A stretch of 64,000 nt of DNA from an uncultured Bacteroidales bacterium. Its GTDB lineage: Bacteria > Bacteroidota > Bacteroidia > Bacteroidales > JAGOPY01. Both the position numbers and the translations under genes were made by a program. This document shows positions 57,819 to 64,000 of this stretch, piece by piece. The notes under the pieces are model-generated. The model made no database searches. It was not told the origin of the DNA and saw only the letters and a program-made list of their open reading frames with translations. Location: contig CAZMOK010000006.1 of assembly GCA_964567785.1 (NCBI GenBank), forward strand, positions 7,331-71,330. Direction: 5' to 3'. Positions within the stretch are counted from its first letter, which is position 1, and the number at the start of each line of letters is the position of its first letter.

Positions 57819-59262
57819 AAAAATACCGGTCAATATAATGGTTACACTGCTCCTGCTTATCTATTTGACAGTGATTACCTATGGATTGGTTAATGATAAA
57901 CAGAACCTTGTCATTGCTGCATCATCGCTCGCCTTATTGCCAATGGCCATATTCTTTTTTGTTTTCAGGTTGAAATTACTGGGCCTGGCAACCGCTTTTA
58001 TCATACCCCTTTCGGTAAAGATACCGGTTGGAGGGGGTTCAATCCTGTCTTTCCCTGCAGAGGCATTAGTACTGGCAATAGCTGTACTATTCCTGGTCTA
58101 TGCAGTGGTAAGGGAAAAGGAAGTGGATACGACAACACTCAGGCATCCCCTTTCGGTACTCATTCTGCTCGATCTCGGCTGGTCGGTTTACACCGGAATG
58201 CTGGCTGAAATACCGCTAATTTCCTTCAAAAGAATACTGATCAAGTTGATCTTTATCATCGTTTTCTATTTCCTCTTCCTGGAAGCTTTCAGTAACAGGA
58301 AAAACATGAAGTCGGTATGGATCCTATACGCTTTAGGTTTGATAATCCCCATTTCCTGGACAATCTATAACCATTCACATTATGATTTCAGCAAGGTGGT
58401 CGCATTTTTAATGCCCCTGCCCTTCTATAACGATCACACGCTTTATGCAACATGCATTGCTTTTATACTTCCTGTTATTATACTTTTCGGCCTCCGGCCC
58501 GGATGGTTCGGCATGACTGAAAAATGGAGATTTGTTTTCATTCCACTCACTATACTGTTGATCACTGGCGAATTTTTTTCATTCTCAAGGGCTGCCTGGC
58601 TCAGCATTCTTGCGGGGGCGCTGTCAGGGGCGCTTATTGTTTATCTGAAGTTCAGGGCAATCCACCTTTTGTTGCTCGTTCTGGCAGGCGCAGCCGTGCT
58701 GGCTTATTACAGCAGGGATATTTATCTGTACGCTGAGAAAGTTGACTCAGTAAGCCGGCATGAGGATGTGGGCGAGCATATGAGATCGGTCATCAACATT
58801 CAGACCGACGCCTCCAACCTTGAAAGGATCAACAGGTGGCAATGTGCACTCAGGATGTTTAATGACAGGCCGTTAACCGGTTTTGGTCCGGGAAATTATA
58901 TGTTCGTTTACGGAAGGTACCAGGTGACCACCGAGATGACCCGGATCAGCACAAACCACGGTGAAAAGGGCAATGCTCATTCCGAATACCTGATGTACCT
59001 GTCGGAAACGGGGCTCCCGGGGCTGATCATCTTTCTTCTGCTTATCTACATCGCAACAGCAAAAGCCATAAGGATATTCCACCGGAGTGAGGATAAAGCG
59101 ATTAAATGGTTAGTGCTCACGGTACTCATTGGTTTCATTTCCTATATTTTCCACGGGAATTTCAATTCCTTCATTGATACCGACAAGGCGTCAGTGCTGT
59201 TTTACGGAGCATTGGCGACAATCGCGGCTATAGATATCTATCACACCAGGGATGTCATCTAG
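57802..59262 (+). CDS. O-antigen ligase/polymerase (Wzy_C) family membrane protein
   Basis: About 12 TM helices; SFSRAAWL, SNLERINRW, GFGPGNY, AHSEYL...ETGLPG. Confidence 0.85.
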   Translation: MNRLAEKIPVNIMVTLLLLIYLTVITYGLVNDKQNLVIAASSLALLPMAIFFFVFRLKLLGLATAFIIPLSVKIPVGGGSILSFPAEALVLAIAVLFLVYAVVREKEVDTTTLRHPLSVLILLDLGWSVYTGMLAEIPLISFKRILIKLIFIIVFYFLFLEAFSNRKNMKSVWILYALGLIIPISWTIYNHSHYDFSKVVAFLMPLPFYNDHTLYATCIAFILPVIILFGLRPGWFGMTEKWRFVFIPLTILLITGEFFSFSRAAWLSILAGALSGALIVYLKFRAIHLLLLVLAGAAVLAYYSRDIYLYAEKVDSVSRHEDVGEHMRSVINIQTDASNLERINRWQCALRMFNDRPLTGFGPGNYMFVYGRYQVTTEMTRISTNHGEKGNAHSEYLMYLSETGLPGLIIFLLLIYIATAKAIRIFHRSEDKAIKWLVLTVLIGFISYIFHGNFNSFIDTDKASVLFYGALATIAAIDIYHTRDVI

Positions 59263-59304
59263 ATGTCTTCCGGATGTCATCTAGATGTCTTCCGGATGTC
59301 ATCT
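59251..59304. repeat. 22-bp tandem repeat (about 2.5 copies) containing both convergent stop codons
   Basis: GATGTCATCTAGATGTCTTCCG x2 + GATGTCATCT. Confidence 0.92.
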
Positions 59305-60090
59305 CTCAATCCGGATCCAGGGAAAAGGACTCAGAGGATATCCCAATCGCCTTAACAACCTGCTCTTCAAACTGTAAGGATTGTAAAGAATTGTTGAATG
59401 ATAAGAGGAAAGAAAATCAAAAGAATGATGGTGGTAATGGTTCATCATACTTGTGCTGTCTATCTCACTGAAATATGCATCACTCCTTTCAGAAGCTGCA
59501 TCCCTTTCAGCCTCATTTTTATAAATAGGACTGTCGAGGATATGGATCTCCCCCTTTTTATTCAGCAGATCAAGCAACCGGTCAATAAGTTCGCATGGGT
59601 TTGAAAAATATTGAAGGGTACTGTTCAGTACGATAAGGTCGAAATAGCCGGGCTCGAAGATTTCCTCAAAAACATCCCCATACAAAAAGGCTGTCCCGGT
59701 GGCCGAAAATAACCTGGCAGCCTGTTCAACCTCTGTCCTGTTTATTTCGAGGCCGAAAAACAGAGTGGAAGAAAGAAAAGGCCTTATCCTGCTGATGAAC
59801 CATCCATTTCCACAACCCAGGTCAAGCATTGATGAAACTCCTTTCCTTTTAAGCAGGTACCCGGAAAAACGATCCAGGGTATCAGCCCTGTACAACCACT
59901 CCTTATTTAACGGGTGACTGTCAAAAAGATATGGAAGCTTCCTGACCAGGTCGTCCCCGAATACACGGCCCTCCTTTTGCCTTACTTCGAGGTATTTTTC
60001 TTCAAAATCCTTAAAGCGGCCAGTCTCTCCCAGGTAAACTACCCCATTTCTTTCAGACCGGATATTTCTCAGCGCATCTTTTATCATCAT
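59299..60090 (-). CDS. Class I SAM-dependent methyltransferase
   Basis: Motif I MLDLGCGNG; FDLIVLNSTLQY; GEIHILDSP. Confidence 0.85.
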   Translation of the reverse strand: MMIKDALRNIRSERNGVVYLGETGRFKDFEEKYLEVRQKEGRVFGDDLVRKLPYLFDSHPLNKEWLYRADTLDRFSGYLLKRKGVSSMLDLGCGNGWFISRIRPFLSSTLFFGLEINRTEVEQAARLFSATGTAFLYGDVFEEIFEPGYFDLIVLNSTLQYFSNPCELIDRLLDLLNKKGEIHILDSPIYKNEAERDAASERSDAYFSEIDSTSMMNHYHHHSFDFLSSYHSTILYNPYSLKSRLLRRLGYPLSPFPWIRIER

Positions 60091-61475
60091 TTGCTAACGG
60101 CCATAAGTACCCTTGAAATATTGCAGATCAATGAGTGTTTGACACCTCGGGTCATGTTTCTGTTTGCCAGTGCTTTACCGGCCTTCGCAGAATGATGCAG
60201 GTATCTTATGGCATGTGTATAGTAAGTTCGCCTGTAGGTGCGCCTGAAATCTATTTCCCGGTCGGTATAACAACCCCATTCACCCGGGACCTTCAACCCG
60301 GCTTTCTCTGCTTCTGCATAAAGTGCGGTGCCTGGAATGGGATAGGCCATTGTGATGGTCAGCAGGTCGGGAAGTGAATCACGCAGGTGTTTTGCAGTTT
60401 CAACAATATCCTTTTCTGTTTCACCAGGGTATCCAAGCATCAGGAAGGTCCCAGATTCTATTCCCGCTCTCTTCGTGGCTTTGATCATATCCCTGACCCT
60501 GGCAGCTTCCACCCGCCTGTCCATGAGGTCAAGGACTTTCTGGGAACCACTCTCGGCCCCGATCCAGAGCGTGTTGCACCCACTTTCTTTCAGGAGGGCA
60601 ATTACCTCGTCATCCATCCTGTCGGCTCGTGAAACACATTCATAGCTGATCTCCAGGCCCCTGGACTTTATTTCATCCGTAAAGCCCTTCAACCATTCCT
60701 TGCTGATGGTGAATACATCGTCTACAATCCAATACCTGTCGGGATTATATCTTTTCTGAAGTTTTTCAAGTTCACCGACGACCATTTCGGGTGACCTCCG
60801 GCGGAAAGTCCTGCCAAAAACCGCTTTACTGCACCAGCGGCAGGAATACGGGCAACCCCTCATGGTACTTATTGTCATTGAGGTGAAGCCATGATTTTCT
60901 TTCCAGGTTGAAAAATACGGTTCAATGTCTATCAATCCGAAATCCGGGAAGGGCAGCTCATCAATATTTTCAATCAGTCCAGGCTCTCCGGTATAAACTG
61001 TTTCATTGTTCTCATCCCGATAGGAAATACCGGGTATAGAAGCAGGAGGGCCCTTTTTATCTCCCTCAAGATGCATGATCAGCCTGTAAAATGTATGCTC
61101 CCCCTCCCCCGTTATGCAATAATCAGCGCCCCGGTCAAGGTATTTTCCGGTATGATAGCTCACATCCGGCCCGCCCAGGATCACAACAATATCATCCAGT
61201 TCTTCGGAGTTTTTAATGAATTCCAGCATTTTAACGATGTTGACCCGGGTCATCAGGTTCACATACAGCCCAAGGTAACGGGGTTTATTTTTCAGTAAAA
61301 AGTCACATAATTCATCGTAACTGCTGAAAGTTGAATCGAATATCTCACAATCAATATTTTTAGTCTTCAGGTATGTTGTAATATGGAGCAACCCCTGGGG
61401 TGGATAGGGCATCATGACGGATTCTTCCACCTTATCCTCTTTGAGAAAATAACCATGGCCCAGCAATACATTCAT
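60087..61475 (-). CDS. B12-binding domain radical SAM protein
   Basis: N-terminal cobalamin-binding domain (YPPQGL, LGGPDV, GEGE); RGCPYSCRWC; VDDVF; GAESGSQKVL. Confidence 0.92.
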   Translation of the reverse strand: MNVLLGHGYFLKEDKVEESVMMPYPPQGLLHITTYLKTKNIDCEIFDSTFSSYDELCDFLLKNKPRYLGLYVNLMTRVNIVKMLEFIKNSEELDDIVVILGGPDVSYHTGKYLDRGADYCITGEGEHTFYRLIMHLEGDKKGPPASIPGISYRDENNETVYTGEPGLIENIDELPFPDFGLIDIEPYFSTWKENHGFTSMTISTMRGCPYSCRWCSKAVFGRTFRRRSPEMVVGELEKLQKRYNPDRYWIVDDVFTISKEWLKGFTDEIKSRGLEISYECVSRADRMDDEVIALLKESGCNTLWIGAESGSQKVLDLMDRRVEAARVRDMIKATKRAGIESGTFLMLGYPGETEKDIVETAKHLRDSLPDLLTITMAYPIPGTALYAEAEKAGLKVPGEWGCYTDREIDFRRTYRRTYYTHAIRYLHHSAKAGKALANRNMTRGVKHSLICNISRVLMAVSK

Positions 61476-62272
61476 TTTTGTACCTCCAGTTCAACCAGGA
61501 AATGATCCGATATACCGGCCAATTTGCCAATCCCACCTGATAATCTTTCGAGATAGTTCAGCAGGCCCAGCAAGCGGGACTTATTCCTGAAATAATTATT
61601 GAGGTACGAAGGAGGGATAAAAACACCAACCGGCCTGATTTTTCTCACATGATATCTTTCCCCTGCTAAAGCCTTAATTCCGGCCGGGGAATAGAACCAG
61701 GTGTTTACGGCAAATCCGCCCAGGTTGACATCCAGCGGACCGACGCCTTTTCTCCTGGCTGAAGCCTCTTTGTTTCCTTTCATCGTGAAATAGAACCACT
61801 CCCAAAGACAAAATTGCGACATTAATACCATTACAAATCTTCCCCCGGGATTCAGCATTTCAAAAGCCTGGTCCATAATAGTCCCAAGCGTACCGGGACT
61901 TACGCAGTTCAACCCTCCAAAATTACTGAAAACCATATCAAAACTCCGGTCTTCGGGATAAGCATTAAGATCCTCCAGGTCAAGTATGGTAAAGGAAACG
62001 TTTGCCTTATTGTCTGATCTCTTTGCTTTGCCTGCAGCGATCTCTATCATCTTCTCCGAAGCATCGGTGGCCATAACATTATGTCCCATCGAGGCCATCC
62101 AGAGGGCATCCTCCCCGGTACCACAGCCAAGCTCGAGGATTTCAAGGGTCTGCTTGTGCCTGAAATATTTTTCCAGGAAGCTCCAAACCCTGTGCCTCTG
62201 ATGCCTGCCAATGGGGGAATTGACAAATTCATGGTCATAATTGATCGCTACCCGGTCAAAAGAGCTTTCCAT
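61472..62272 (-). CDS. Class I SAM-dependent methyltransferase
   Basis: ILELGCGTGED; FDMVFSNFGGLNC; LNPGG. Confidence 0.87.
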   Translation of the reverse strand: MESSFDRVAINYDHEFVNSPIGRHQRHRVWSFLEKYFRHKQTLEILELGCGTGEDALWMASMGHNVMATDASEKMIEIAAGKAKRSDNKANVSFTILDLEDLNAYPEDRSFDMVFSNFGGLNCVSPGTLGTIMDQAFEMLNPGGRFVMVLMSQFCLWEWFYFTMKGNKEASARRKGVGPLDVNLGGFAVNTWFYSPAGIKALAGERYHVRKIRPVGVFIPPSYLNNYFRNKSRLLGLLNYLERLSGGIGKLAGISDHFLVELEVQK

Positions 62273-62276
62273 AGTA

Positions 62277-63740
62277 TCAGATGCCGCCTGTTTGTTTCAG
62301 TTTTAACCTGTCGGCCCAGATGGCCGGGTAATAATATGCAACTGCTATCAGGTACCTGAACAGTTCTCTATTCCACATCGAGGGTTTTACCAGTGCGCGC
62401 CTGAGGAGCCGCAGGCGTTGCCTTCTCCTGTATAGTTTATGAGTGTACCTGTGAAGTCTTTTATAGTATTCGGGGGGGAATGTACCGGTGTACATCAGCG
62501 CAAGCTCATCCGAATCTTTCCAGTTGGCTTTTTCCTTTAGTTCTTCTTTTACTTGTTCATGAAAAGGTGTGCCGGGCAGGGGGTATGATATTGAAATGCC
62601 CAGGTCATCCGGCATGGAACCCAGTACCATTTTTATGGTTTCCCTGATGTCCTCGAGCTCTTCACCCAGGTAACCGAACTGGATGAAAAAAGCCGCCTTG
62701 ATACCATGATCTTTCAGTAATTCCCTTGCCCTGACAATCTGTTCCACGGTCTGATCCTTGTTCATTGCATCGAGCACCTTTTGTGAACCTGATTCCGCAC
62801 CTAGCCATACGGTATCCGCCCCGGTAGCTGCCAGGTCTTCAGCCATCCTGTCCTTTAAAATAAGGTCGGCCCGCGATTGCACAGTGTATGTAAAAGAGAG
62901 GCCGCTTTCCCCGACAAGCTTCCTGAACTTGTCCATCCATCCTTTTTTAAGCCCGAAAATATCATCGCAGATCCAGAAATGGCTCACTCCATATGTATTG
63001 ATCAGAAGTTTCATCTCTTCTACCACATTTTCAGGCGATCTTGAATTGTATTCATATCCATAGATGGGCTTTGCGCACCATGAACAATTGTAGGGACATC
63101 CTCTTGTAGTGGCCAGGTTGATAGAATAATAGCCATGGTTTTTCAACCAGATATATTTATAAAGATCCAGATCAGCCAGGTCCCACGAAGGAAAGGGAAG
63201 GCTGTCGAGATCACGGATAACAGGCCTCAGTTCGTTCTTGATAACCTTGTCACCGGCTTTATAAGCTATTCCCTGTATTTCACCGGGATCAATATTATTT
63301 TTGCGCAGAGCGATGAACAGTTCCCGGAGTGTTTCCTCCCCTTCTCCGAGAATAATGTAATCGGCGCCTTTTCCAAGGTATTCCCGGTAATGATCCGTTG
63401 AGTCGGAACTGGAAACAATAACAGTGCAGCCCTTCTCCTTCCCCATCCTGATCATTTCAAAGGCAGCCTCCCTCATGTTTGTGAGGCACATTTTAGTGAG
63501 GTAGTTGAAACCATCATCATAGATCACGAGGAGACCGGGTTGATGCATTTCAAGCAAGGGGGCCAGTTCTTCAGGGCTTTCCGTGAGGTTGGTATCGTGA
63601 AAAACAACATCACTCCCCTCCCCTCTCAAAACCGATGCTGCGTAAAGAGTTCCAAGGGGCGGGTAATACCGCTTCGACTTCCATTGCTTTTGATCGAAGC
63701 GATAAAAGTAAGAGTGTGTCAGCAATACCTTATTCCCCAT
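62277..63740 (-). CDS. B12-binding domain radical SAM protein
   Basis: YPPLGTLYAA, GEGE; RGCPYNCSWC; CDDIF; GAESGSQKVL. ATG 63740 preferred over TTG 63746. Confidence 0.92.
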   Translation of the reverse strand: MGNKVLLTHSYFYRFDQKQWKSKRYYPPLGTLYAASVLRGEGSDVVFHDTNLTESPEELAPLLEMHQPGLLVIYDDGFNYLTKMCLTNMREAAFEMIRMGKEKGCTVIVSSSDSTDHYREYLGKGADYIILGEGEETLRELFIALRKNNIDPGEIQGIAYKAGDKVIKNELRPVIRDLDSLPFPSWDLADLDLYKYIWLKNHGYYSINLATTRGCPYNCSWCAKPIYGYEYNSRSPENVVEEMKLLINTYGVSHFWICDDIFGLKKGWMDKFRKLVGESGLSFTYTVQSRADLILKDRMAEDLAATGADTVWLGAESGSQKVLDAMNKDQTVEQIVRARELLKDHGIKAAFFIQFGYLGEELEDIRETIKMVLGSMPDDLGISISYPLPGTPFHEQVKEELKEKANWKDSDELALMYTGTFPPEYYKRLHRYTHKLYRRRQRLRLLRRALVKPSMWNRELFRYLIAVAYYYPAIWADRLKLKQTGGI

Positions 63741-63999
63741 AATCAATTTTTACGTTCTTTTTCTTTTCAAATTCAGAGGCCCTTTGCCTGAAAGCGCTCA
63801 GAACCCTGTTCTGAAAGTCGCCGGGATGATACTTGGCTTCGTTCCTGCTCAGGCGAAAACTTTTTTCCAGCAGGTTCCTTTCATGGTTACGGTATTTTTT
63901 CTTCCAGTACCAAACATGGAATTTCATGGCAAGAATATCCATCCAGTTACCCGCCAGGGTTGTTAATATCCCTTCCAAAAGATTTTTTAGCCTGCCATT
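63730..63999 (-). CDS. C-terminal part of an uncharacterised protein (5'-truncated by the window edge)
   Basis: Frame is open from the window end (NGRLKNLLEGIL...SRNEAKYHPGDFQNRVL...); its stop overlaps the radical SAM start, suggesting the same operon. Confidence 0.7.
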   Translation of the reverse strand, partial: NGRLKNLLEGILTTLAGNWMDILAMKFHVWYWKKKYRNHERNLLEKSFRLSRNEAKYHPGDFQNRVLSAFRQRASEFEKKKNVKIDYGE

Positions 64000-64000
64000 T

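Overview
Core-genome-like 64 kb window from a Bacteroidota (probably anaerobic Bacteroidales) chromosome. The lineage call rests on TAnnTTTG promoter boxes, T9SS C-terminal domains, and the mutL-rhomboid-rhomboid-EEP and thrS-infC-rpmI-rplT gene orders. It holds about 55 CDS and one tRNA-Arg(ACG); I found no rRNA, CRISPR array, prophage or integrase. Main points of interest: (1) a DNA-damage/mutagenesis cluster (DEDDh+GIY-YIG nuclease, LexA-like HTH-S24 regulator, dinB, dnaE2, SRAP) with a candidate tandem operator TGATTAA-N3-TTAATCA over the regulator promoter; (2) a low-GC RAYT/Y1 transposase flanked by inverted REP-like hairpins; (3) a coupled operon with a repeated [B12-dependent radical SAM + class I methyltransferase] module converging on a Wzz/O-antigen-ligase pair and running off the window edge; (4) a 1528-aa exported protein with 24 TPR-like repeats; (5) a four-gene flavoenzyme/ABM/Fe-ADH/D-threonine-aldolase-like operon; (6) a frameshifted adhesin-T9SS gene remnant; (7) heptamer repeat tracts at several gene 3' ends. 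All functional calls come from motif recognition by eye, and no database searches were run.
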